From positions 16,660,183 through 16,724,182 of the forward strand of contig JAUZTB010000017.1 in assembly GCA_034780895.1 (NCBI GenBank): DNA of 64,000 bases. The letters are read 5' to 3'. The stretch is from Rhynchobatus australiae (lineage: Eukaryota). Under the pieces are notes generated by a model. It saw nothing but the letters and a program-made list of their open reading frames with translations, did not search any database and was not told the DNA's origin. This document shows, in pieces, positions 40,797-53,604 of the stretch (its first letter is position 1; each line of letters starts with the position of its first letter). A program made the position numbers and the translations under genes.

Positions 40797-41361
40797 TTAC
40801 TTAGCATTAGCTGAATTTGTAGATGCCAGAGTCAAGACCCAAAAGCAAAGGAGATCATCTTTTCTGGAGACACTGACACTCTTCCTGCTCCTAGTGTGGT
40901 CTCCTAAATCCACATTCAGTCCGTGTTTCACTGCTTTACTGTATGTGCATCCCCAAAGTAAATGTTTATCTAAAAATTTTATTTATGTATTTACATTACA
41001 CCTAGCTCAAATAATGAATCAGCAACATTGAGCCTCTACTGCAATGGGTTGTATTGTCCAACCTGCAAACCCTGCATCATGGAAGGTCACCATCATCCAG
41101 CTCTAGGGACCTTGACCTCCGTTCTGTTCATTCCTGAGGACTGTGGTCTATCCTAGATCCATGGTCCTCCTGCCACTGTAGAAGTCTTTAAAACACTGCC
41201 TTTTCTGTCCAAAATTCAGTCATATTTTTCTAAAACTCACACTGCATTTCAGGTAGGGCTTTATTTATAAGCATTCCTATAAAATATTGTGCTCCTAAAT
41301 CTGATCAAAATCCAAGTTCTGACTCAGACTTGTAGTTGGACAAAAGTATGAAGACATTGGG

Positions 41362-41537
41362 TGTCGCTGTCTGTAAGGAGTTTGTATATTCTCCCGTGTC
41401 TGCAGGGGTTTCCTTTGGGTGCTCCGGTTTCCTCCCACATTCCAAAGACGTATGGGTAGGTTAACATGGGTTTAAAATGGGCGGCACAGACTCATTGGGT
41501 CGAAAGGGCCTGTTACCACACTGTAAATAAAAAAAAT
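41362..41537 (+). mobile_element. 5'-truncated V-SINE (HE1-like)
   Basis: gctgtctgtaaggagtttgtatattctcccgtgtctgc..gggtgctccggtttcctcccacattccaaagacg...gaaagggcctgttacc followed by an A-tail. Confidence 0.9.
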
Positions 41538-41888
41538 GTGCTCAGGAAATCCAGTAATGCCTGGGTGAAACTCAGCTAAAAGAACACACGATTCTGTGAA
41601 GATGAACAGAAAGCTACAGGTGCAAGCCCAAATGCACTGCCGTGATTACTCAAACAAGCAACTTAAAAGGACCATTACAACACACTGTATTTTTCTTCTT
41701 TTATTAAAGGACAATCCTTGCTTTAGTTAAAAGAACTGTGTGAGTTTAAAAATTAACAACCTCAAAACAGGACAGTGAATCTTTAGTGAAGAAGGGGGCA
41801 AAAACTCAATAGTCTGTCTGCACGCCCCCAACCAAGCCGTCAACTTGAACGTTGAACTTCACAGTAGTGGCTGGCTTTCTCAACAATT

Positions 41889-41949
41889 CCTTTGATGTTA
41901 CCTCCAAAGCTAGAGATCAAAGCAGCAGAGTGTGGTGTGGGGAAGTCCC
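41889..41949. promoter_or_regulatory. Candidate enhancer core: two inverted TCF/LEF motifs and a kB-like site
   Basis: CCTTTGATG 41889-41897, AGATCAAAG 41914-41922, GGGGAAGTCCC 41939-41949. Motif match only. Confidence 0.4.
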
Positions 41950-42854
41950 AGGCTCTTAGGCTGCCAGCCTGTGATATATGTAAAAACGAAGCCAAAAAGT
42001 GAAAGCTTGAAGGGGATAGTGTTGAAACAGTCCAGTCTTATTAAAGACTGAACCAAAGGGGAGGAGTGGAAATTAAACAAATCCAAATGCTTTTGGTCTA
42101 AATCAACAAAAGTAGTTATTATTTTACCTTTCCGGTTTTAGTTCACAAATGGGATTGACTCCTATAAATCTAAACATGCACCGATAAGAATTGTTACTTC
42201 TCCCTCAACAAATTTGAACACAGGGATGCTATTAACAATGCAGCTCAGTAAGTTGCAGAGCCATTTTCCTAGATGGTGAGTTCCATAAAAATCATGTACG
42301 GATCTATTTACTAAAATCGAACTTCACTCTGTGGCAAGTATTATGAGGGAATTAAAACAGCAGCAACTACCACAGCAAAGTTTGACATGTCTAAACACCA
42401 ACAGAATTAAGGTCAACTTTCCTGACATTGTCCAGTATTCTAAATCAGTTGATCTAAATTATTGGTAAAGTTATTCTTGGGGTGTCACAGCAGGTTAATT
42501 CATCTCTCTACAGTAGATAAACAATGCACCTACAGTCCGTTGCAAAATATAAGTGTGTAACATGACAAGCATGACCCTTTGCAGCAGAGTAATCAGTGAA
42601 AAGAAGCATAAAAATGCAAGTACAGGAGGTTTCTGTTATACATTTGTACATATGAAGACTTTGTTATGCAGATCTCAGCCTAACACTTTTTAGTGTCAAG
42701 AAATGCCAAATTAGATGATGAAAATGAAGATCAAAGGGAAAAAACATGACCTCTCTTGTAGATAAGCAATTACCAGAAAGAGCAAAAACTGTGCCAATCC
42801 ATGAGTTTTTTTTTAAAAATTGAGGGCAGCAAGCTGTGAATTGAAAATTTTTCC

Positions 42855-43960
42855 TTTGGTATCTGATCATAACTGGCAAGACCAGCGCTCGTTGTCCATC
42901 CCTTACTGCCCTTAACACAGAGCGGTGATTCACTTTCTTGGAACTTTGCATTTGTTCGAGTGAAGGTAATCCTACTACTGTGTTGGGTCGGGAGTCCCAG
43001 GATTTAAACTTAAACTTAGCAACAATAAAGGCAGCAAATATCTTTCCAAGTCAGGACAGTTTACAACTTGAAAGGGAACCTACAGGTGATAGTGTTGTCG
43101 TGAGCCTGTTTTTGTCCTCCATGGACATGTTTGCAGTTTTGGGAGGTGCTATTGAAGTCACCTAGGCATGCAACTGCAGGACATCCTTTATGTGGTACAG
43201 ACTACAGCAAAAAGTGGTGGAAGAAATGAGGAATTGGGGTGGTTAATGAGGTGCCAATGAAGTGAACTCCCTTACCATGGATAATATCAAGCATCTCTAG
43301 GGTTGTCAGAATTCCACACACCTGGGAAAGTGCAGAGTATTCCATCTTACTCCAGACTTGCACCTTATAGATGCTGAAAGGCTTTGGGGTGTGAATGACT
43401 CAGGACAACCAGCCTCTGCCCTATCCCTATAGCCTATATTTGTGATACTTCCAATTGAGTTTCTGGTTATTGGTGACTGGTGACATTGGAACATCAATAG
43501 AGAAGATGAAACCACTGACCATTTTGCCTTGAGGTTGGATGCTCTCATTGGGGATAGCCATTGACTTATACAAATGTTATTTTCCACTTATCAACCCATG
43601 TCCATACATCTTCTAGGTCTTGCTGCCTGCAAACATGTGCTGCTTCAGCTTCTAGATTCAGTAAGATTTGTAATCATTAGCAAACACCTCCACTTCAGAC
43701 CTTCTAATGGAAGGAAAGTCATTGATGAAGCATCTGAAGATTGCAGAGCCCAGGACACAGCCCTGAGGAGCTTTTGAAGCAACATTCTGGGGCTGGGATG
43801 ACTAACCGCTAAAAAACACAACCATCTTCCCTTGAGAGGTCTGGCTCCAACCATTCAAGTGTTTTCCCTTTGATGCCCATTGTCTTCATTCCACCAGGGC
43901 TCCTTAATGCCATACTCAATCAAAGCTGCCTTTAATATCATAGTCCATCTATCTCATCAT
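42855..43960 (-). mobile_element. CR1/L2-group LINE fragment (same family as 37740-39530)
   Basis: Minus-strand RT motifs APQGCVLGSAIFRCFINDFPSIRRSEVEVFAND near 43675-43770. The 3' tail is reversed at 42860-42950. Confidence 0.82.
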
Positions 43961-45009
43961 CTCCTCATTTCCAGGATGTTACAACAAACTATTCAATGTG
44001 AAGGTAAAAGGAATCTGCAGAGCTTGGGATTACTCCCTTTAGCCAAACTCAATGAGCTGTTACAGTAAACTCCCAGAGGAAAAAAAGAGTTGATTCTGCA
44101 CAAAACTTGAAAGAGGACTGAAGCAATTTATTGCTTCTGGCCAAGACTGTGGCAATATAGTTCCTAGATAATAAGGGTGCAGATCCTGCCTTCTAGGAAA
44201 GTTACACAATTCTGCTAGAAAAGCTAAATTAGTATGACCATATACTTTCAACAAATAAAACACTTGGATCATAAAGGAGGGCTAAATCTCTTTGGATTAT
44301 TTGAATTTAGATTATAATCTCATATCTATTAGAAAACAAGTGCCCTTGCTCATGGAAAACATATCACCCCTGTAATTAGCAAGCCCCTGAATTTATCCTT
44401 CTCAGAATATAACTGGTGCCATTCAGGTTTGAGGGTCAGGAAAAGAAGCCATCTCCCAACAGTGTCATTCCCAAATTTTATTCTGTATTCCTTTTTTTCA
44501 GCTCTTACGACTAATTATGGTTTTCTTTCCTATTTNNNNNNNNNNNNNNNNNNNNNNNNNNNNCAAGAACTAGCTCTTTTACATGACCAATTCAGATCAT
44601 ACACATAAATATGATGTGTCCAAAACTGTTTCAAACAGCCCTGAAAAATTAACTTTTAAGAGTAGAAAGTCACAAGACATTAGAATGGAAAATGATCACC
44701 CAGGAGATTAGTATAAAGTAATCAGTACATGTGGTGTAAATGGCTCTCCCGGAAATGAGGCATACCAATCCAGAGTGCCCTGGTTTCCATTCCTGGCACA
44801 GAGAATTTGGCACCATTCAATATGTTTCTTCAAGGACCGTATTTACAATTTCAGGACTAACCTCACCGATTTAAAATAATTTAAGCATAGCACTATTCCT
44901 AACACAGCTCAGGTGATACTAGCAAACCAAAGGGCTTGCTACTGCATGTAATTTGGGCCTCTAACTTTGGAAAGCCTGGCCCGGCTAGGATTTAGCTCAG
45001 GAAAAAAAA

Positions 45010-45308
45010 ACAAATGAAACTGCAGATGCTGGAATCTGAAATGGCAAAAGAAATGCAGGAAGAACTCAGTCTGTCCAGCAGCATCTGTGGGAAGAAAAAA
45101 CAGTCAATATTTCATGTCAGCAACCCTTCCTCCAGTGTAAGTGGGAGTGCAGAGCAAGACCAAAGACCACATGGAGATAGGTTGAGACTGTCCTCCACTC
45201 TTCCCCTTGTCCTGAGGATGCATCACTGACCCAAAACAGTGACTGTTTTCTCTTTCCACAGATGCTGCTCGACTGGTTAAGTTCTTCCAGCATCTCTGTT
45301 CTTATTTG
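45010..45308. mobile_element. Inverted pair of Penelope-like terminal repeats (~80-bp spacer)
   Basis: Left arm ggaagaactcagtctgtccagcagcatctgtgggaagaaaaaacagtca; right arm tgactgttttctctttccacagatgctgctcgactggttaagttcttcc. A degenerate hammerhead box CTGAGGA sits at 45212-45218. Confidence 0.8.
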
Positions 45309-48300
45309 GGACTCCATTCACATTTAATTTTTCTTACGCATGACAAAAGATGGCAAGGGAACTCTAAGCAACATAATTTTAGCATCATTGTAATGAGGAA
45401 AAAGTTCAATTACAATTGAACCACTAGTTACATTTTATTTCTCTTTGCTTTGGGGCAGTGGCATAGCCACACTGTGGTAGCAGCTCACAGTTGCAGATTA
45501 GAAATTAGAAATAAGTATTTGCGGAAATCACAGAAACAGCCTCAAATTCCATCATTCCTTGTTGATGAGTGTAGTAACATTTCCAAAAGAGTGGCTTTCA
45601 AGGAAAGTAATGTTTAGGAGTTAACAAAATATTAGTAACACATATTTAGGATAGTATTTTCAACCAGTGAAAGTCAAAATGTTAATTTTATTCCTCCATT
45701 TGTGCACCATTGACCAGCTATGGAGTTCAAGCTGTTGCCTGATACATTGGCTCAATGAGCAATATAGTATTCTCTGCTGACAGGATGGCTCTAGAGGTCA
45801 GGTCTATTGGCTGCTAAAAGAAGATGACATCAAAATGATCCAGCAACTTCAAGCCCAGATACAAGTAGGAAATGCAAGATCTTCAAAAAAAAATAATGCA
45901 GTTGTGGTCAAAGGAAGGAAGTAATAATTTTGAAAATCTAGATGCAATTTATCAGAATGCAATTAACGTGCAATTTCTTTTACCCTGGACAACTTGCGTA
46001 TTTTTATACATCAACCAATGGACACAGTTGTAATATTTCCACAGAAACATCCAGCTCCAATAAATGGCAAGCAAAGAGATGCAGTCACACCAAATAAAGC
46101 AGGAAAGGGAAAAATAAACAGAAAAAAAGCCATACCAGAATCACACTGATCACTGCCCCACCCCTCCAAAATTATTACTAGACAAACAGAACAGCTTCCA
46201 ATCCAGCTCTAATGGACTTTTTAAAGCACTGTTTAATTCCAAGACAGGCCTAGAGTTTCTCAGCCTAGCCCCATCCCTGGAAGAACATTGTGTCCCATCA
46301 GTAGAGTTCCGCACTTCCAACCCCAGGAGCTTTTTAATTACCAGCTGACCACCTGTAGTCCTCCCAGTGATGTACAAAACTAATTAACTTTCAAGAAAAA
46401 TGCCAATCAGAACCAAGAAGGATATTTAAATACGGTAGGTGATGATCAAAGATCGGATCACAGGTGGTCAAGTCAATGATTTCAAATTTGAATATTCATG
46501 AGCATCTCAGAGATTCCCTAACTTGCTACTAGTCCAGTTATCTAGAAGTTATGAAAATCCCCTCAAATCAGGTTTATAGAGAACTTGAATATTCAATTAC
46601 CGAACCTGAAGGGAATGTAATGAGAAAATTATGAAAAATTCAAAGCTTTTAAGAATATACACATTACAAGTTAGGAAGTGCCTCAAGTCCTCATTTCTCC
46701 CCCCCCCCCCCCCCTTTATCTGACCAATATTCTGCTCTTTACAATTTCCCCAGGACTGGCACAGAGTATCTGCTTTTTGCCAGGCATATGTTCGGGCCTT
46801 CCTCGAACACGTTTAAGAGTTACAACCCACATCACTGCAATTGCTGTCAGAAATTATCCCACAGGATTTGTAGCCTGCAATTTGTCTTGTACCAATAACC
46901 CAATTAGTACAGCTGATTAATTTGAAGGCAAATAGCTTTTTGTTCTCCTGAATGTCTACTTACCCGTTCTCTACCAAAAGAATGCTCTTCCCAAATAGAA
47001 GGCCCTTCCCACCTACCCACATTACAGGCCCTAAAGATCATTCTGTGAAAAAAGTTTGGAAGAAAGATTTTCTACTTCCCCACCCCCCATAGCTTCAAGC
47101 AATACACTCATATAGTACACTTGCATCAAACAGTTAAATGAGAAAGGACTTTTTGTTTTGAAAATAAAGTTAAGATCACATTAAAAAGGAACAAGGCTGA
47201 AATTGCAAACTTCAAAAGACAGGTGGCTAATAAAACAAAAATTTTACAATTTCATTTGGTTTTCCATGCAAGTCAGGTTTACAGTATTCTCATCAATATA
47301 TGTGAAGCAGAAATCCCAGTCTCCTATCTGAAAGCAGTTGATCCTGACACTAATTAACAGGCATAAAGGGAAGAGGAAATCACATTCAAAATACTAGGAT
47401 TTGAATTTTTAATAGTTTGTGAAAAAAATTAGAAAGTCTACAGCAAAATATTGATTGGCCACTAAAAGTGTGAAGGAACAGGCTTAGGAAAACATTAGTT
47501 CTGGAACCAAAGTAGTAACCTAATTTCCTGTTAGTCTGCCTGTCTGACAGCCATTTTCATGAGCACAAAGGCAGTATTTAGTACAGAAGATTTAGGATTT
47601 CTGGTCATTGAACTAGACTGTTCTGGATGTTAAAGGTGATAGATTCATTTAATCAAACTAGTTTGTATTCAAAATTTTGATTAAACAAACAATGGGCAGG
47701 GTAGCTTAAAACACTTCATGGTTTCTCTTTGAAATAAGGTTATACATTTAAGAAACTAAACTTAAAACGATATGAAAAAATACACACATGCCAGACATAT
47801 CCTTTGGTAATGCATCATCACTAATACGTCTTCCTGCACTACATAGCTGAACAACACTTCATGGAATTTGTTAATCACGGCAAAATCTCCTGTTTAAGAG
47901 AATAGAGTCTGTTTTGTTTCTTCAAATCGACATGTTGGACCTCTTCGGTACAGTTTGGTAGTAAGCTCACGCTACTGACATGTTAGGAGGGGGCTCATTG
48001 CAGCTTTAATTTGAAAGAGCTTAATTGATCTTTTTGATAGACCTGAAATAAATCAAACTAGACTGATTCACATGAGAACAGAACCTAATCCTACAGTCAG
48101 ATCCATGTGAACAAAAACCAAAACAGCTGTTAATTTGGGCTTTATAACATAAAGCACAAGGAATCCCAACTGATGTAGAGAAAAGCAGGGCTTCAGGTAA
48201 TATCTGCAATAATGAATCCACTTGTGAGAATTCAGTGCAAACACACAAGTCAACAAATTTAATGAAAAGAGAAGGAACAAAATTAAAGGTACACCTCATT

Positions 48301-50339
48301 TTTTTTAGTAAGGTCAAAACTCAAGGATAGTGTAACATTCAACAGCCATATTCCTCTATCTAATTTTAAAAGCAAATAAAACAAACAATGGACTAGTACC
48401 CAGCCATAAAGTGGTTAATTCTTATGAATCAGTAATGATTTGACCATCTCAATTCAGCTAGGAAACCTCCAACTCAGCAGCTATCAACAAAAGATCTTTT
48501 GAAAGGCATGTTGGAAGCAGCAGTTTTTCAGCTCTCACTGACCTGGAAACTGTTTTGCCATTGTTACAGCCCCAATCACAGTCAACTGGCAACATCTTCT
48601 GGCACCCACACATACAAAATACAGTAAAATATAGAAATCTGCAAGGTGTCAGCCATAACTCACTCCCCCACCAGCTCCACGACAGTATCTTCACAAAGGC
48701 TATCAGCACAGAATCAGTGACTGTCAAGACTTTCAACCCTTTGTGTTACTCTTGCTGCAAAATCCATTGCTTAATGGAACAAACTGTCTTTTACTGACCA
48801 CCAAATTATTATTGTTGTTGAACCACCTCTCTGGTTCGGACAAACTAATAAGTGTGAAATGTCATTCCTTCCATACGTTTTAAATTAAACAAATATTTCT
48901 ATGATATTGGAATAACCCACATGTACATCTGTTTTGTTTTGCTTCAGTAAGTGATTAAAAAGTCAACCAAATCTACATCCACTTATTTATTGCCTGTGAG
49001 AACTGTCAATGGCGACTGGCTGCTTGATGACTTCATTACTACTGGACATCACAGACTGCCTGCAGATGGCACGTGTCTGAAAGTCACCTCCTTAAATGGG
49101 TTGGGGATGGGGGTGGGGTTGTGGGGCAATGGATCTTCAAGAGCCTGTTAAATCTTTATGGACATCATTCTTCAAGGTCAGTGATGAGCTGACTGCAAAC
49201 GCCAAGTCATTAATTTGAAAGCTGAATCTTGAAATATCAAGTGCTGCACTCAAGGTTCAATCAAAAGGCCATGTACTTGCTTCATTTATAGGATAATTCC
49301 AATGCTCTGCAACATTGGTATTTGTTGATTCAAATTGCTGCATGGTATATTGGAATGGGTTTTATTATTCATTATCTAACAATTAGAAATTGATCACCAC
49401 CTGAAAAATTTGTATTATAATAGCCCAAATTGCATTCAGCATCTTAATTTGCACTAGTACAGTGTTACTAATAATGAGTGGGAATTCAGGAATTTTAGGT
49501 TGTAACATTCCCACGCAAACCAGATTGAGATGATACATTCTTGGAAACATTGAGTTATAGACATAAATTGTCAGAATATAAATCTAGACCGCAGAAAGAG
49601 TGGCATTCCTCACAGAGGCCACTCTGAGCCAAATTCATTGAATAAGTCTTCAAACAGAACAAGCAGTATCTCCAGCACTGAGCACTTACTGTTAACAAAC
49701 TCGTATTGCCCAGTATGTGCTTCTAATGACTAGATGGCAAATACCTCTTGGTTTGAATGTGTGCCAGGTAAATCACCATTACTAAGATTCAATTCCTCTC
49801 TGTGATGCTATGATAAGAACAGGCAATTGGCAGAGTAGCAAGAGCACCATTAACTCTTTCACTACAATTTAGCTAAAAAAAGCAACATTGTAAAATAAAG
49901 CAAGGTTATGCTTCTCAGATTCATAAAGGTGGCTCTTATAGATACCCAAAATAAATTTGGTAACTTAATGTGGCCTAGCACATGGAATCAAATGTAACTG
50001 CTTATTTTGTTTTGAAATATTTCATAAAGGGTTTAGCTTTTTGGACCACATGAAAAAAAAAGCTTTGCCCAAAATTTCCTTCCAACAAATCGTTTCCATC
50101 AGCTCCGTTATTACTTGAAATAAACCTCTTTACCCTGCAGCAACACAGCTTAAAGTCCAAATTATGTTTAACAATTAAGAACAATGTGCATTAAATTTTG
50201 GAACAGTCTTTGCATAGGAGCACTAACAACACTATACTGTCTGCCGGACACACTCCCGGGGCTCAATCTAGCCTTGCAAATTCCGAAGGGAACGCACACA
50301 CAACTGCTAAGCTACAAAGCACCAGTTGCCAACAGCCTC

Positions 50340-50420
50340 TGTAAACAATTAGGGAAAAGGTTCACAATTTACGAGGCCTCAGGTCCCCAGCAACAATTCA
50401 TAAATCACAATAAATCATAA
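50340..50420. promoter_or_regulatory. Candidate HOX/PBX/FOX enhancer motif cluster
   Basis: TGTAAACA 50340-50347, TTTACGAG 50368-50375, and two ATAAATCA (= TGATTTAT) at 50400-50407 and 50410-50417. Motif match only. Confidence 0.4.
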
Positions 50421-53400
50421 TCTGGTCCAGATTGCCCCTGCTGTCCTGCCAAGAGCTATGAAGTAAATAAGATCTTCTTGCGCCAGCCTGAAACAGAGCA
50501 AGGATCTCGGCAATGAACTGGGACACAACATTAACTTGAGCACGGGACTGGAAAACCAAATAAGTAAATATAAATGAAATCAGCCGTTACTTTTTGCCTA
50601 AATAAAACTGCTCTCCCACCACAGGCCCTGGACAAGGGTTGAAAATGATGGAATTGCAGTCATACACTACAATGTCATGATTCAATATTTCTCTCTTAAA
50701 ACCATGTGCATAAACTTTGAAACAAACTAACAACATGCATATGTTTCAAAACAGCAAATGGAAAAATTACCACGAACAAAGGAGATTTTGTTTTTGCAAT
50801 GCTTTCCTAAAAATCTTACATTAACAAGTATGGATTTAGAAGTCCAACCCTATTCTGGGAAAGCATTTTGTTCAATAAAAGGAATCAAAATTCTGAAATA
50901 ACAAGACACGGATTATGGGTGGTGTTACCTTTTAACAATGTTTGTGGCCCCCATATTTCATGGCTATGCTCTCATTAATTTTAAGTTAGGTTTCTGAGAG
51001 GAGCTAAATATCAAGTTCTGTTTCTGCAAATCTACAATAAGTTACTCTGTAGAGATGAAAATTCAAAAATTAAGAGAATAATTTTTTTTAAAAGTTCATA
51101 ACACAATGGTAGCCATGAGAAATGGCATGTCGGGAATGCTGCCCATCACTATTGACAATGTAAACATCATTACACAAAGATTTCAGGATCATACACAAAT
51201 CAGAGATTAATTAAGAAACACTAAAGAGGCAAACTAATGTACAAGGTATCAACAGCATATGTACACACATGCGTTAATGCTTCCTGTAAACACAACACCA
51301 GCGTTGCTGAGAAAACACAAATGCTACGCCTGTTGGAATGCAGATCTCTTTTTGGAAAGAGACCCAAGCTCTTCAGAGATTTCTTTTGGTTCCTTGACAA
51401 GACATTCAAGTATATAGCAATATTTGCCCAGAGTCAAAACAAAATTAAACCTAGAAACCCTCCCCAAAAAAATCTGAAAGTCTTAAAACCATAGTAAGAA
51501 CATATATCCAACAAAAACAAAAAATCTTAAAAAAGCGTAAAAATCTAGAAATGACAGGTCTACTGAACACAAGCTGAACCTTTTCACAAGCAGCCAGAGC
51601 ACTGGCTGGACATTACACACTCAAATTCTCCCTATAAGCTACAGTGTTTGGAAGTTCAAGGAAATGTGTTTTTTTTAAAGAAACCAAAAACATAACCCAG
51701 CACATTTTCGATTTAACCAACAATAAAAGAAAGTGAATGCAGTGTAAATATACCTCAAGTACAGTTACAGATGATTCAGCTCAACACTTTCACCAGGGGA
51801 AATAAAATCTATTGAATAGAAGTGTCACCAGATCAACAAGCATTTAAAGAGATATTTGTTTTGTACAGGCTTTTTATTCTAATTAGTATACCACACTAAA
51901 ATACTTGAAAAGACAGACAACAAAGAAATTTTGGAACAAATAAAAAAAGCTTCAGAAGGACAGCTCAGCTTCATGGCATTAAAGAAAGTACCAGTCCTGC
52001 AAAATACAAAAATTCAAAAAGGTATATTTTAACTTTTAGAGAATAAAATGATACATTACAGTCCTGATATCAGGGAAGCTCAGTGGAAATATCATGAATT
52101 GATGTGGCCTCATTTTATTGATGCATTGACCCCATTATCACGTGGTGACAGTTTAAGTTTGAACTCATCACATCACACCTTTAAGAAAGTGCTGACTGAA
52201 AACAGCTGATCTAATTAAACTGTACAACAGCCCAAGAATGGAAGCCAACAACAGAAACCAGCAACTTTGTGCACGGTCATAATTTATATTAAAAAGCGGA
52301 ACTACATTAATAAGGTCCAAAATGTGTAATCAAGATCAACAGACTACACTTACACTTAAAACCACAAACCAAGCCTCTAACCATAGACAGTTCACATAAA
52401 TTCTAACACTCAGATACAAAGCCATGTATGCTGAGGCAAAGGACAATAATGAGCTGAGCAATTTGAAATCAGAAACCTGCACACTTTACATTTGTGGTTT
52501 CAAACTGTGAACCAATTCTCCTTTTACTAAATCGTCCCTCTTCCCCACCCCAAACTAATTTCATTTGACTCTTCTGTGAATATCTTGCCAGTTGTAGGAA
52601 GGATTGGGATTGCTGAGTTCAAGCTATTTCTCCTTTTTTTCATTCTGTGGGGTATAAAAGCAGGCAGGACTGTAATAGGCAACTCTTACAATTGTTGGAG
52701 GAGAGGGAAACTACTAAAAGCTTTCCAATTTAAACATTAAAAGTTGCACTGCTGAGAGACAAGGAAATATACAATGCTACACAATATGTTACCAGACATA
52801 AGTAAACAGAAATACATGTAACAGTTTAATAGTTTTTAAACATGTAGATTTGTTTCCCAGACTACTTCCAATTAATTTCTTCTAACTGGATTATGCTACC
52901 AACTATGCCATTAATGCCAGAGGTTATTTCTGGTGACGTGCATTTATAGAAAAATAACTTATTAAAAAAAATTACATCTTTAGTTCTCGCATGAAGCACA
53001 AACATGTATTCAACTCTTATTTTTAATTTTTAAACACATATTAAATAGATTTAACATTCCTGTCTTTTTTCAAATGGATGTACATTTGGAATTCAGTTAT
53101 GCAGTTGGCAGCCTTCTCTAACCAGATGAAAGTGAGAAGTGAAGAAGGTGATGTATAAGTAATGTCTTGCTGTTCATGTTTATGTTACATCATAAAGTGA
53201 CTTAGGTCTATGACATAATAACAAGCAGGTATGAACATGACTCAGGTATATGAATGAAAAGAAGACTGCAGAAAATTACAAACGAGCAAGTGTGGAACTT
53301 CTGTTTTAGTTTCAACTTTATATATTTATATCTATAGTATTGCAGGCCTTTCTTGCTTTGTGACTTTTTTTGTTAATGCCAATAAATTCAAACAAACCAA

Positions 53401-53481
53401 ATTACTTTGAACTATTACTGCGTATTTCATTTCTTCTAATTAAATCAACTATTTTTTTTAAGAATAAAATTTGGCTACCAA

Positions 53482-53604
53482 AGCTTGGATGGGCACATGA
53501 ATAAGAGGAAAATGGAGGGATATGGGATTTCTGCAGGTAGAAGGGATTAGTTATGTTGGCACATTATGGGCCAAAGGGCCTGTTCTGTGCTGTACTGTTC
53601 TATT
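53482..53604 (+). mobile_element. CR1 LINE 3' tail
   Basis: ttggatgggcacatgaat...atggagggatatgg...gggccaaagggcctgttctgtgctgtactgttcta; similar to 15760-15900. Confidence 0.85.

Noticed and set aside
47820-48050. Possible minus-strand exon starting at gatttatttcAG|GTCTATC
   Set aside because: No TCF7L2-like peptide and no convincing donor.
52065-52175. C/D-box snoRNA-like layout on the minus strand (GTGATGA 52171-52165 ... CTGA 52073-52070)
   Set aside because: The terminal stem is poor in K-turn register, I recognised no rRNA/snRNA guide, and the boxes are short enough to arise by chance. An Rfam/snoscan hit would reverse this.
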